Below, one piece after another: positions 11,818-22,924 of a stretch of 64,000 nt of DNA. The stretch is from positions 39,162-103,161 of IMG/VR virus record IMGVR_UViG_3300031853_000010. One strand, 5' to 3'. Within the stretch, counting starts at the first letter, position 1; each line of letters starts with the position of its first letter. This DNA is from a virus (Duplodnaviria > Caudoviricetes). The notes beneath the pieces are model-generated. The model was given only the letters and a program-made list of their open reading frames with translations. It did no database searches and was not told where the DNA came from. The position numbers and the translations under genes are program-made.

Positions 11818-11846
11818 TTGACTTTTATAATTTTTCATGATATAAT
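11818..11846 (+). promoter_or_regulatory. sigmaA-type promoter (rightward of divergent pair)
   Basis: TTGACT-N17-TATAAT with extended TG. Confidence 0.8.
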
Positions 11847-11870
11847 AAAAATATCAAAGAAAAAAGGAGA

Positions 11871-12809
11871 GTGAAATACGTGATAGAAAAACAGCAAATA
11901 GACTGGCAACAGTTAAAACAGCATTTAGGATTTTTATATAATTATAAAATGGATATTCCTTTATTAGAAGATAAAGAAAAAAATGCTGATATGATAATTA
12001 CCAGAATTGTCGTAAAGTTTCTTCAGAAATATAATAGACTATTAAAACTTAAACATACTTTTATAGTAGATTATAGAAATGATGCTTATTCTTTTATTGC
12101 CTATCGTATTATAAGAAGTGCTGCTTCGGCAATAAACAGCGACATCGACCTTCGTATTCTTGGAGTGCCGAAGACCGAAGAAGAAAAAAGTTTCTTCAAA
12201 GATGTTCCAACAATTGGTTGGAGAAAAGCGAAGAAACACAAAAAAGCTGTGATAATTACAGCTTTTAATCCTATTTATAATGTATCAACCGCAGAGAATT
12301 TCTCTAATATTTTTATTGAAGTATTTAACCCACTGGAATATATTTCCCCTTATGATATAGGAACAATACAAGATTTCTATATTAATAAAGATTCTTCATT
12401 ATATATAGAAAATATTGGAAAGAATAGCGAGGAACTGGAAAGTTGGTATGAATTTTATGAGCATCCGCTTGATAAGAATGTCTATCCAAGAGACATAGAT
12501 GTAAATGATAAATTGCCAATAGTCTTCTTCCTTACAGGAACAGAAGATGATTTTCCTGCTTATGATGAGATACTTAAATGTGCCGCCGTCGGTGAAATCG
12601 TGTTATATGTAATACCAGATGAGAAGGAAGAGTTTATTAAAGGTTGTCTTGCTCCACACGTGCCAAGCGCTTATTTGCCAAACAAACTTAATACTATAAC
12701 TGAAGAGATAGCGACAGAAATAAAAAAGATGGATGATGAACTGGAAGCGTATTATGTTTATTGTCCTGTTCATGAGAAGGAGGAGAACAATGAAAATAGC
12801 AATAGTTAA
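11871..12809 (+). CDS. Hypothetical protein, possibly a degenerate NAD-synthetase-like fold
   Basis: 312-aa ORF after promoter and RBS; weak resemblance (VIITAFN, FNPL) without the SGGxDS motif. Confidence 0.6.
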   Translation: MKYVIEKQQIDWQQLKQHLGFLYNYKMDIPLLEDKEKNADMIITRIVVKFLQKYNRLLKLKHTFIVDYRNDAYSFIAYRIIRSAASAINSDIDLRILGVPKTEEEKSFFKDVPTIGWRKAKKHKKAVIITAFNPIYNVSTAENFSNIFIEVFNPLEYISPYDIGTIQDFYINKDSSLYIENIGKNSEELESWYEFYEHPLDKNVYPRDIDVNDKLPIVFFLTGTEDDFPAYDEILKCAAVGEIVLYVIPDEKEEFIKGCLAPHVPSAYLPNKLNTITEEIATEIKKMDDELEAYYVYCPVHEKEENNENSNS

Positions 12810-13299
12810 TGGTCGCGGCGCCAGTGGTAAGACCACATTTGAAACAATGGTATAGAAAGTTGCTGCCGCACGAGATAAGAAGGTCAAGGTGATTTCTACT
12901 ATCACATATGTGAAGGAGGTAGCAAAACTTCTCGGCTGGGATGGAAGTAAGGCTCCAGAAGACAGACGATTCCTTTCAGACCTTAAAGATGCTCTTACTC
13001 GTTGGAAGGATGTTCCTTACCAAAAGGTTAAGAGTTTTATTGAAACTTATAAAGAAAATGGCACTGACCTTTTATTCATTGATTGCCGCGAGCCTGAAGA
13101 AATCGCAAGATTTGTTAATGACTATGGTGCATTTACAATTCTTGTTCAACGTGGAGAGTTTGAACTGCTCGGTAATCATGCGGATGATAATGTTATGAAT
13201 TATCAGTATGATATTGTAATTGATAATAACAGAGGTCTTGATGAATTACTACAAGAAGCTACAATTTTTGTTGAGACTTTTATAGAAGATTTAGATTAA
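12790..13299 (+). CDS. Deoxynucleoside monophosphate kinase (P-loop), TAG at codon 22
   Basis: MKIAIVNGRGASGKTT; GWDGSK..DRRFLSDLK; IDCREPEE; YDIVIDNN. Confidence 0.85.
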
Positions 13300-13306
13300 G
13301 AAAAAT

Positions 13307-13335
13307 TTGACTTTTTGAGAAAAATATTATATAAT
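13307..13335 (+). promoter_or_regulatory. sigmaA-type promoter
   Basis: TTGACT-N17-TATAAT. Confidence 0.75.
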
Positions 13336-13358
13336 AAATAAGAAAGGAGTGAAGAAAG

Positions 13359-13643
13359 ATGACCAAAGATGAAATGAGAACAATTGCGAATATTTATAAT
13401 TTTGATGAATGGGCAACACTTAATGGTAAGTCTCTTCAATTTTTAAATGATGAAGGAATTAATCTTATTATTCATGAAAATGGAGATTTTGAATTATTGT
13501 TCAAAGTGCCGTAGTCCTTGTCAATTCTTAAACTGGAAGCTGGCTCAGTTGACAATCTTAATTTTTTCGCAAGACAGTTAAACAATTTTAAATCACAAGT
13601 ATGTCTTTTGACGAAAGGAGAAGTATATGGAAATTTTAATTGA
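13359..13643 (+). CDS. Hypothetical protein, 94 aa, 1 TAG (absent from ORF track)
   Basis: AAAGGAG RBS, ATG 13359, TAG 13512, TGA overlapping the ligase start. Confidence 0.7.
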
Positions 13644-14757
13644 TGGATTTGACTTTTGGAATATGATTCCTCAGAAGTATTATGCTTTTACCGCCGCCTT
13701 CAAGGGTGATAAAAAGGCTAAGGCTAAGGAACTTGTAATGTCTGATAAGTATATCGGTAGCCGCAAGATGGATGGTGCATGGAATATGATTATCAAAGAC
13801 ATGGACGGCAACTTCCATATGAGAAGCCGCACCGAATCTGTTAACGGCGGCTATCAGGATAAGGCTGAATGGATTCCTCATATTTGTGAGGAACTCAATG
13901 CTATTCCTAACGGCACTGCTCTTGTTGGCGAAATTTATTTTCCTGATAATGAAGGTAGTCGTAAGATAACCTCCGTTCTTAATTGTTTGAAGGATAAGTG
14001 TCTTGAACGTCAGAAGAAAAATGGCTATCTTCATTTTTATGTATTCGATGTGGTTGCTTATAATGGTAAAAGTCTCATTGATACCCCCATTTCTGAAAGA
14101 GTTAATACATATCTTTACTACGAACTGATTGATGTCCTCAAAGGCAATGACCATGTTGAAATAGCAGAGTATGTAAAGGGTAAGGAACTTTGGGAACTTT
14201 ATGGACAGGTTATTGCCGCTGGCGGTGAAGGTATCGTTATTACCAGAGAAGACTGTCATTATCTTTGCGGTAAGAGAACTGCGTGGATGACTTTGAAGAT
14301 GAAGAAGGAACTTGAAGACACAATCGATGCTTTCATTGATGGTGATTATAAGGTCGCAACTCGTCTTTACACTGGTAAGGAAATGGAAACATGGTCTTAT
14401 TGGGAGAATACAAAAACTGGTGAGAAGTATAATACTTGTCAGTTTGCAAGCCTATGTGCTGGTATTCCAGTTGAACCTATTACAAAGCCATATTACTACG
14501 GCTGGGCAAGCGCAGTATCATTCTCGGTAAAGGATGGAGATAAGACCCGTCATATCGCTTGGATAAGTGGTATCACTGATGAACTTAAAAAAGAAATTAT
14601 CTCAAATCCTGAAAAGTGGATTGGTAAGGTCGCAGAATTAACTGCTATGGAAATTGAACATATCGGTGATGACTACACTCTCCGTCATGGCAAAATTGAA
14701 AAATGGCGTGATGATAAGAGAGCCAACGATTGCGAGTTTAATCAGCTCACTAAGTAA
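13627..14757 (+). CDS. ATP-dependent DNA ligase
   Basis: RKMDG motif I, GEIY, FYVFD, EGIV, LKMK, C-terminal OB fold with LRHG..WRDDK. Confidence 0.9.
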   Translation: MEILIDGFDFWNMIPQKYYAFTAAFKGDKKAKAKELVMSDKYIGSRKMDGAWNMIIKDMDGNFHMRSRTESVNGGYQDKAEWIPHICEELNAIPNGTALVGEIYFPDNEGSRKITSVLNCLKDKCLERQKKNGYLHFYVFDVVAYNGKSLIDTPISERVNTYLYYELIDVLKGNDHVEIAEYVKGKELWELYGQVIAAGGEGIVITREDCHYLCGKRTAWMTLKMKKELEDTIDAFIDGDYKVATRLYTGKEMETWSYWENTKTGEKYNTCQFASLCAGIPVEPITKPYYYGWASAVSFSVKDGDKTRHIAWISGITDELKKEIISNPEKWIGKVAELTAMEIEHIGDDYTLRHGKIEKWRDDKRANDCEFNQLTK

Positions 14758-14799
14758 AAAATTGGATTAAACACTGTATAAAATTACATATTTATAGTA

Positions 14800-14832
14800 A
14801 GGGTGGAATTTCGGTTCTACCCTATTTTTTTT
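14800..14832 (+). terminator. Intrinsic terminator
   Basis: AGGGTGGAA-TTTCGG-TTCTACCCT plus T-tract. Confidence 0.8.
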
Positions 14833-14851
14833 ACAGTGAGGTGAATATATA

Positions 14852-15832
14852 ATGCACGACAGATTCGATGACTACTGGTATCCATAGCAAAAAACGGGTC
14901 CAGTTATGCAACCGCCTGGCTTAATGCCACCACCACCAAAGCCACATATCGAACCTGCTTTTGGTCCAGTTCCTTGTCCTCCTGGAACACAAGAAGAAAT
15001 AAAACCACTTGTGCCGCCGCAAGGTCCAAGACCACCGATACTTGCACCAATTCCTCATAGACTACCACCAAAGCATACACAAGTACAGCCTCGCTGTTTT
15101 ACTTGTCGTCATTTCAAGATGTGTAGTTTTAAGAAAGATTATCTCAAAACCATTACTTTGGTATAGAATATTCTTGGTGCGCCGCAGGCTGATTATGAAC
15201 TTACAGACAAATATATTACAATTCCAGACTTTGTTGGTTTTCCGCTTATTCATGCAGAGAAATATCTGCCAGAAGAAGTAGTGTTCGATAATACCGATAA
15301 GAAGGGTAAACTGTTTCTTGCTAAGTTTAATGGTATTAACTATGTAAATGCCGTTTATCTTGAGTTTAATCATTACATCCTTATTCAGCTTAAATATAAT
15401 AAGGATAGCGACCTTTATGAATTAACTTCATGTCAAGAAGCTTTCTATGGAGTTAAATATGATTTAAACAAAGATTCATTAGAAGAAATGTAGCTTGGTC
15501 TTATTGAATGGAGAGAGAAGATTATTAATGCGGTCATGCCGCCGCCTCCTCCAAGAAAAGATGTTATTAACACAACTCATTTCTCAGCTATGCTTAATTG
15601 CGATATGTATGAATGGAATAAAGAAACATTTGAGGAAGCCGTTGAAAGAATGAAAAGAGAATATCCTTTTGGTATTCCGATTGACGAAGAAGGACACGGT
15701 TTCTATCATATTGCTACATTCCATGTTGCTAATGGTGAAGTTCCTTATTCTCCACTTATCCAAGAAAAGCCATACTTTCCTCCAAAACCGCCAAGGCCAC
15801 CAAAACCAACTAAAAGATACGGAGATATGTAA
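14852..15832 (+). CDS. Proline-rich protein with CxxCxxxxxC motif, 326 aa, 3 TAG
   Basis: Track ORFs 14906, 15281 and 15536 in one frame, joined across TAG 14885, 15164, 15491; GAGGTG RBS; TAATG coupling to the next gene. Confidence 0.8.
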
Positions 15833-16224
15833 TGTCAAAAGGCGAAGATAAAGTTGAGCAACTATTACGTTCTCATAGAATATCTTTTAAACGAGAAGTA
15901 AGTTTTCCCGATTTAAAGAGTTTAAAAGGAAATTTACTAAGATTTGATTTTGCGGTTTATAAAGGCAGAGGTTTGGTGTGTTTAATTGAGTTTGACGGAA
16001 AACAACATTTTGAAAGAGTTCCTTACTTTCAAAAAACTACTATGGACTTTAAACAGACCCAAGAGTGGGATAGACGTAAAAACGCATACTGTTTAAGAAA
16101 AAAGATACCACTTATAAGGATACCTTATTGGGATTACGATAATCTCACTTTTGAGTCTATTTTTTCCAATCCTGTTTATAGGGTTAAAAATAAATATCAC
16201 AATGATTTATTAAATCGGAGGTGA
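15832..16224 (+). CDS. DUF559/Vsr-like PD-(D/E)xK endonuclease domain protein
   Basis: SKGE, LRFDFAV, IEFDGKQH, DRRKNAYC, PLIRIPYW. Confidence 0.8.
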   Translation: MSKGEDKVEQLLRSHRISFKREVSFPDLKSLKGNLLRFDFAVYKGRGLVCLIEFDGKQHFERVPYFQKTTMDFKQTQEWDRRKNAYCLRKKIPLIRIPYWDYDNLTFESIFSNPVYRVKNKYHNDLLNRR

Positions 16225-16703
16225 AGAAAGTGAATGAAGTACTTATCGCTGCTATTGCCGCAGGTCTTGGCTCTATCATCACAGTTGTTGGTAAAGTTAT
16301 CGTTGATATTATCAAGGCGAAGAAAGCACCTGATGAATCTGATATGCAATTAAAGCAGGCACTCGATGAAGAGAAGAAAAAGAATGATGCGGCTATTGAA
16401 ACATTTACTAAATTTGGAGAGGAGATTAAAGGTTCAATGGATGAACTCAAGAGTGAGATGACCCAGAGATTTGAAGATATGGATAAAAAGATAGAATCAT
16501 ATCGAGAGGAAACACGTGAGATAAATAAATCGGAGGTTAGACACTCTATTACCGAGATTTATTTTGAACATTGTGATGATAAAGTTTTGGATTTGAGGAC
16601 AAAGGAAGACCTATGCTCATTATATAATGCTTATAGCAACATCGGAGGAAATTCCTTCGCGCATGAGCTTTATGAAGAAATGATGACTTGGCAAGTTAAA
16701 TAA
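16221..16703 (+). CDS. Putative holin-like membrane protein
   Basis: N-terminal TM helix, coiled coil, C-terminal LYNAYSNIGGN motif typical of Bacillota phage holin-like proteins. Confidence 0.6.
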   Translation: MKKVNEVLIAAIAAGLGSIITVVGKVIVDIIKAKKAPDESDMQLKQALDEEKKKNDAAIETFTKFGEEIKGSMDELKSEMTQRFEDMDKKIESYREETREINKSEVRHSITEIYFEHCDDKVLDLRTKEDLCSLYNAYSNIGGNSFAHELYEEMMTWQVK

Positions 16704-16710
16704 TGTATTC

Positions 16711-16735
16711 GAGGGCGAGCAATCGCCCTCTTTTT
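16711..16735 (+). terminator. Intrinsic terminator
   Basis: GAGGGCGA-GCAA-TCGCCCTC-TTTTT. Confidence 0.85.
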
Positions 16736-16736
16736 G

Positions 16737-16765
16737 TTGACTTTTTTAAAAAAATATTATATAAT
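16737..16765 (+). promoter_or_regulatory. sigmaA-type promoter
   Basis: TTGACT-N17-TATAAT. Confidence 0.75.
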
Positions 16766-16797
16766 AAAATTGAAATAAATTTAAAGGAGAAATGTGA

Positions 16798-17358
16798 ATG
16801 AAAATCTACACAGATGGTGCTGCGACATTAAGAAAAGTTGATGGTGAGTATGTAAGAGAAGCTGGCGGCTTCGCTTATATAATGTTAACTGATGATGAGA
16901 AAGTCATCATGTCTGCCTATGGCGGCGTTCCAGAGACGACAAACAACCGTATGGAGCTTCAAGCTATTAATAAGGCTTTGAGAAAGACAATATTCATGAA
17001 AGTAAGTGGCGAAAAGATAAGTGTGTATTCTGACTCTGCTTATTGTGTAAATATCTTTTCAAGCTGGATAAAGTCTTGGAAGGCTAATAACTGGACAAGA
17101 GGTAGAAAGCATGAACCAATTGAGAATGTTGATATTATAAAAGAAATAGATGAAACAATTGGTCTTTTAAATGCCAACTTTTGTGAAGTTGAGTTTATTA
17201 AAGTTAAGGGACATAGCGATGTAAAGTGGAATGAGTATGTGGATAGATGTGCAGTAGAAGGTAAGAAACGCTCAGGTTCACAGAACTGCCGTCTGTATAT
17301 TGAGGGCACATATTTTGAGCAAGACGGCAGAGATAACCCTGCAATGAAAGGTAAATAA
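16798..17358 (+). CDS. rnhA: Ribonuclease HI
   Basis: IYTDGA, TTNNRMEL, YSDSAY, KVKGHS, NEYVD. Confidence 0.93.
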   Translation: MKIYTDGAATLRKVDGEYVREAGGFAYIMLTDDEKVIMSAYGGVPETTNNRMELQAINKALRKTIFMKVSGEKISVYSDSAYCVNIFSSWIKSWKANNWTRGRKHEPIENVDIIKEIDETIGLLNANFCEVEFIKVKGHSDVKWNEYVDRCAVEGKKRSGSQNCRLYIEGTYFEQDGRDNPAMKGK

Positions 17359-17444
17359 TTCTTATAAAATCAGGTGGTTCGCCTCGAATGACATGAATTC
17401 ATTAGAGTTTAACCATCTGATTTTTACTTTATAATTACTAAATC

Positions 17445-17473
17445 TTGACTTTTTAATCAAGATATGGTATAAT
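17445..17473 (+). promoter_or_regulatory. sigmaA-type promoter of the nrd operon
   Basis: TTGACT-N17-TATAAT with extended TG. Confidence 0.8.
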
Positions 17474-17502
17474 AAAAATATAAAATGAAAAGGAGTGAGG
17501 AT

Positions 17503-17751
17503 ATGGCTAATATAAGACTTTATTCTACTGGTTGTCCAAAATGTAATGTGCTTAAAAAGAAGCTTGATGCTTTAAATGCTAAGTATGATATCATTACAGA
17601 CATGGATGAAATTAAAGGAATTTGTGAAGCAACTCAGAATGATTCATTGCCTATCTTACAGGTTGATGAAGCATGGGGAACAGTAACCTATGATTTTGCA
17701 AGAGCAATTGACTGGATGAAAAAGGTAGGTGAGAGCAGAAATGATAACTAA
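17503..17751 (+). CDS. nrdH: NrdH/glutaredoxin-like protein
   Basis: LYSTGCPKCNVLKKKL, LPIL; directly upstream of nrdD. Confidence 0.8.
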   Translation: MANIRLYSTGCPKCNVLKKKLDALNAKYDIITDMDEIKGICEATQNDSLPILQVDEAWGTVTYDFARAIDWMKKVGESRNDN

Positions 17752-19741
17752 CATTGGAAGAAAAAACAAAAACTTCAAAACCAGATGGAACAAACTCCAG
17801 AGTGAGTATGGCACAGAGCTTGCATACTTAAATGGTTTTGGCGATGACCAGCTTTCTCTTGGTGAATTTATTGATAACTTTGTTGATGAGCCTGTTGTTG
17901 GTGACGCTTCTATTGACTCAAATAGTAATGTAAGAAGAAAGGATATTGTCACTCTTCTTTCTGAAATGCCGAAGCCTCATAGAAAGGTTTTATCATATCA
18001 GAAAATTTATTATGAAATGTAGAAAGCATATGGTTTTAAGGCTGCTAATGAATGGCTCGACCGTGATTGGAAGGGCGAACTTTATATGCATGATGGTGAT
18101 ACAGCGACTTTTAAGCATTATTGCTTTGCTTATGACTTAAAACCTTTGGCTGAAAAAGGCTTGTTCTTCTTAAAAGACGCTTTCAATCCTAAACCTGCAC
18201 AGCACTTAACTACATTTATTGACTTTGTTAAGGAATTTATTAATTTCGCAAGCAACAGGTCGAGTGGCGCAGTAGGATTGCCAAATCTTATTCCTTATAT
18301 GTATTATTTCTGGAAACGTGACCAGAAGTGTGCATATTTGAATATCACATCGTGGGACGCATATGCAGAGCAGAATATTCAGCGTTTCATCTATGCAGTA
18401 AATCAGCCCTGTGTAAGAGATGGTCAGCAGTCGGCATTTACAAATACTTCTGTATTTGATAGAGAATATCTTATGGCTCTTTTCGGTGGCGCAGAGTTTC
18501 CTGATGGAGAACTTATGGTTGACCATATTGAAGGAATCATGGATTTCCAGAAACTTTATATGGAAACTATGGCACAAATCCGTCATGATAATATGTTTAC
18601 TTTTCCTATTTCTACAATGTCTTTTGTAAGAAAGAACGGTAAGTTTGCTGATGAAGAGTTCGCTGAATGGGGTATTCGTCATAACATGAAGTGGTTTGAC
18701 TCTAACCTTTTCATTGACGACAATGTTTCAAGTCTTTCTAACTGTTGCCGCCTCAAGAGCGATATTCGTGACCTCGGCTACTTTAATTCAATTGCTGGTA
18801 GTGCTTTAAAAGTTGGTTCTGTTAAGGTTAATACAATTAATCTGGCAAGACTTGCTCTTGATACAAACTCAAAAGAAGAATATCTTGAAGAACTTAAAGC
18901 AAGAACCCTTTGTGCTGTTCGTTCACTCCACGTCGTTCGTAATATAATTAAGAGAAACGTAGAGAAGGGATTACTTCCAAACTTCTCATATGGTCTTGTT
19001 GATTTTGAACATCTTTATAATACCGTAGGTTTTATTGGTATTTATGAGACGATGAAGAAATTTGGATATACGTATCAGGATAAGCTGGGCAATACCTACT
19101 ACACTTAGGAAGCCGCAGACCTTGGAAAGAAAATTTTTGAAACAATCAGAGAAGTTTCTAACAACTTCCTTTCTGAAAATGGTTATGATTATAAGATTAA
19201 CACAGAGCAAATCCCTGGTGAGAATGCAGCAGCCAAACTTATGCAGAAAGACCAGTTCTTCTATCCTGATGCAGACATTTATGATTTACCGCTTTATGGT
19301 AATCAGTTTATGCCGCTTGGTATCAAGGCTACCTTGCAGGAAAGAGTAAGAGTTCAGGCTATGTTTGATGGCTTCTGTAATGGTGGTTCAATTCTTCATG
19401 TTAATCTCGATGGTCCGCTCAAAGACTATGAAACAACCAGAAGTCTTACTGAATATATCGCAGACCAAGGTGTTACCTATTTCGCATTTAACACAAAAAT
19501 TCAGTCTTGTGAGGATAATCACGCCTTCTATGGAACTACTTGTCCAGTTTGCGGTAAACCAATTGCGACAGAATGGACACGTATTGTAGGCTTTATGACC
19601 CCTGTTCATAGCTGGACAAAACCTCGTAAGAAAGAATATAAGTTAAGAAATTGGGCTAAACTGAGTAATGATGTAATAACCCTCGAACCGAATGGAGATA
19701 AATGTTTATTTACTATTGAAATGAAAGGAGACAATGAATGA
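17741..19741 (+). CDS. nrdD: Anaerobic (class III) ribonucleotide reductase, 666 aa, 2 TAG, no ATP cone
   Basis: YMHD, HYCFAY, SNCCRL, GSVKVNTINL, CPVCG, TRIVGF glycyl-radical motif; three track ORFs joined by TAG at 18020 and 19106. Confidence 0.93.
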
Positions 19742-20400
19742 TTGAGAGAGATAAGGTGGAGTTTAATACTCCACCTCTTCATAAAATGAAGAGAAGCGAT
19801 TATGGTATTCTTGATGATTATAGAGACCCAAAATAGTTTGAAATAGAAATAAAGAATTTAATCGATGAAGACTTTATTAATTACAAAAAGCCTTCTATGT
19901 TTATAGCCATGCCTTATTGTTCTTTTAAATGTGATAAAGAGTGTGGATGCAATGTTTGCCAAAATTCTGAACTTGCTGCCGCACCGTCAATCGGAATGGA
20001 AGCTTCGGATATTGCTTTGCGTTTCTATAATAATCCAATTACAAAAGCTATCGTTTTCGGCGGGCTTGAGCCATTTGATTCATTTGAACAAATATGTGAA
20101 ATAATTTCTATGCTATGGACTCTTTGGAATTGTTCTTTTGATATCAAGGAAATGCCTGATATTATTATTTATACAGGTTATTATCCAGATGAAATAAAGG
20201 ATATGCTCAAAACACTTAAAACATATGAGAATACTAATATTATTATTAAGTTTGGTCGTTTCATTCCAGATAAACCTCATCGTTTTGATGACTTACTTGG
20301 AGTGGAATTAGCCAGCAATAATCAGTATGCAATGAAATTGGAAGATATAAACTTTCCCGATGAACAGGAGGATAAAGGATATGAAAATAAAAGTAAATGA
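19738..20400 (+). CDS. nrdG: Anaerobic RNR activase (radical SAM), 1 TAG
   Basis: DEDFINYKKPSMFI, CSFKC..CQN, FGGLEP, IYTGY, KFGRF, LASNNQ; ATGA overlap with nrdD. Confidence 0.88.
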
Positions 20401-20608
20401 AAATGACCCCGTTCTCGTTGAAGAAATCCGTGCCGCCTTGCGTAAAAACAAGGAATTGTTCGGCAAGTTCTACTGCCCTTGCGTTCCAAGTTTTAAATAC
20501 ACAACACAAAATGAACAGGACTATGTATGTCCTTGTAAAGATTTTCGTGAAAACGTGAAATGCGGTGAGACCTGCCATTGTGGTCTTTATGTAAAGGAGG
20601 AAGAATAA
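20381..20608 (+). CDS. Ferredoxin:thioredoxin reductase catalytic-subunit-like protein
   Basis: YCPC...CPC...CHCGLY. Confidence 0.85.
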   Translation: MKIKVNENDPVLVEEIRAALRKNKELFGKFYCPCVPSFKYTTQNEQDYVCPCKDFRENVKCGETCHCGLYVKEEE

Positions 20609-20895
20609 TGACACCTTTTGGTTATGAGGATTGGATAAGAATAGATAAGGCAATAAGAAATATAAATGAAATTTTAGAAGATTTCAAAGGTCAGGAGAGA
20701 ACTATACTCCTTGAAAGAGCAAACTATTTCAGACCTAATGTTGAAGATAAATGTAGTCACTGCATATGTAAAACGTGTTTAATTGCAGAATAGAACGGCG
20801 GCGCACCAGGTTGTGGAAATTGTAAATCTTGTCAGAGAAATGACTACAATCTTTTTTGCCAAAGTTGTTTCGATTATTACAATCCAAAGAACTGA
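20608..20895 (+). CDS. Cys-rich hypothetical protein, 95 aa, 1 TAG
   Basis: CSHCICKTC..*NGGAPGCGNCKSC..CQSC; TAATG coupling. Confidence 0.7.
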
Positions 20896-20906
20896 TATAT
20901 GAGAAG

Positions 20907-20952
20907 AAGTCAAGAGTAAAATCTTGACTTTTTTAATTATTTATGATATAAT
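20907..20952 (+). promoter_or_regulatory. Terminator-like hairpin fused to a sigmaA promoter
   Basis: AAGTCAAGA/TCTTGACTT stem plus T-tract; TTGACT(20924)-N17-TATAAT(20947). Confidence 0.75.
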
Positions 20953-21001
20953 TAATTATAGTAATGAAATAATTACAACAAAAGAAAAAGGAGGCTTAAT
21001 A

Positions 21002-22867
21002 ATGGCTGAAAATATTAGCAATTATGGTATTGATGATATCGACCATTTAGAAACTCGTGAAGCCATGCGTGCGCGTATTTAGATGTATCTTGGTTCGGAC
21101 GACACCGAGGGCATTTATCAGGCTTTAAAAGAAATTATAAATAACTCTACTGACGAAGCCATTGCTGGCTATGGTAATGAAATTAATATTCTTCTTAATG
21201 AAGAAACTAATGAAATTATCGTAAGAGACTATGGTCGTGGAGTGCCTTTTGGTATGAAGAATGGCAAAAATGTTCTTGTTGCTATCTACACTGAAAGCCA
21301 CACTGGCGGAAAATTTAATAAGAACTCTTATAAGAATGCTTCTGGACTTAATGGTATCGGTGGTACTGCTGTTTGCATGAGTTCAGAATACTTTATAGTA
21401 AAATCCGAAAGAGATGGTCTTGCCGCCATAGCTGCTTTTGATAAAGGTAATTTGAAAGATTACAAAGAAACTCCATATGACGGTAATACTACTGGCACAA
21501 CTGTAACCTTTAAACCTGATAAAGAAGTATTTGTTAATGATACAGAAGGCTATTCTTACGATAGAATTTGTGAGGAAATTAAGAATATTTCTTATCTTAA
21601 TAAAGGAATTAAGTTTGTTGTTGAGACAGTAAGTGGAAAGAAAAATGAATACTATTCAAAAAATGGTATTGCAGATTTTATCAGAGAAAAGGTAAAGGAA
21701 CCACTTATGAAGGCACCAATTGTCGTAAGTAAGGCTGATGAAACTGATGAGCTTGAAATTGCTTTCATGTGGAGTAGTGGTAGTGAGCAATCTTATGTTT
21801 TCGTAAATGGTTTGTATTGCCCATTTGGCGGCTCACCTATTACAGGCGCAAAAACAACTCTTACAAGTATGATGAAGAAAGCAAGTGGAATTAATGATTT
21901 GGACTCAGACCTTATTCGTAAAGGTCTTGTATATGCAGTTAACTGTAAAGTTGCAAATCCATCATTTGCTAATCAGACAAAAAACAAGATTAACAATCCT
22001 AATTTAAGAACGCTTGCATCAGCAGCTTTTAAGGAGGGTCTTGAGGAATTCTTCAACAGTCCCGATAGTGCAGCAATCATTGAACTTATGAAGCGTTATC
22101 AGAAAGCTGAAAAAGAAGCTGATAAGGTAAGAAAGCAAATCATGGAAGCCGCAAAGGATATAGAAAAAATGAGAACTAAGAAAGGTCTTATTCTTGATAA
22201 GGTAAGCGATGCTAAGAAGCTTGGTGAAAGTTCTCATCTTTTAATCTGCGAGGGTGATTCTGCAAGTGGTTCTGCTAAGAAAGGTAGAGATAAGGACCTC
22301 CATGGTGTATTTGAAGCAAGAGGTAAAATGCTTAATGCTCTTACTGCAACAGAAGAAAAATTTCTTAATAATGATGAAATTAAACAACTTCAGGCTGCCG
22401 TAGGATTTGATTACAATAAACCTCTTAACCCTAAGAAATTAAGATATGGACATATTGACTTCTTCGTTGACCCTGATGTTGACGGTATGCATATTTTCTT
22501 ACTTGGACTTGTTGTTATCTGGAAAATCTGTCCTGAGTTTATAAAGCAAGGAAGAGTAGGTTGGTATCATGCACCATTATTTATCGTAACAGATAAGAAG
22601 GGTAATAATACTTACTTCTACACAGATGAAGACTATAATAAAAATGGTAGAAAACTTAGTGGCGAAGTAAGACGTGTAAAAGGTCTCGGTTTGCTTGAAA
22701 AGAAAGAGCTCAGGGAAGCTATCTTCAACTGTCCTGAGTCTCATGAAGTTTTTGAATATACTCCAGAAGCTATGGAGGCTCTTGAAGCACTCATGGGAGC
22801 AGATGTTCAACCTAAAAAAGAATTCATTTTTAACAACATCGATTTTAGTAAATATGGTGAGATGTAA
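21002..22867 (+). CDS. gyrB: Type IIA topoisomerase B subunit (GyrB/ParE-like), 621 aa, TAG at codon 27
   Basis: EAMRARI*MYLGS, EIINNSTDE, DYGRGVP, HTGGKF, GLNGIG, EGDSA, DPDVDG, KGLG. Confidence 0.92.
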
Positions 22868-22871
22868 AAAT

Positions 22872-22900
22872 TTGACTTTTTTGGAAAGCTGTGATATAAT
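22872..22900 (+). promoter_or_regulatory. sigmaA-type promoter
   Basis: TTGACT-N17-TATAAT with extended TG. Confidence 0.75.
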
Positions 22901-22924
22901 TTTATTGTAAAAGGAGTGAAGAAA

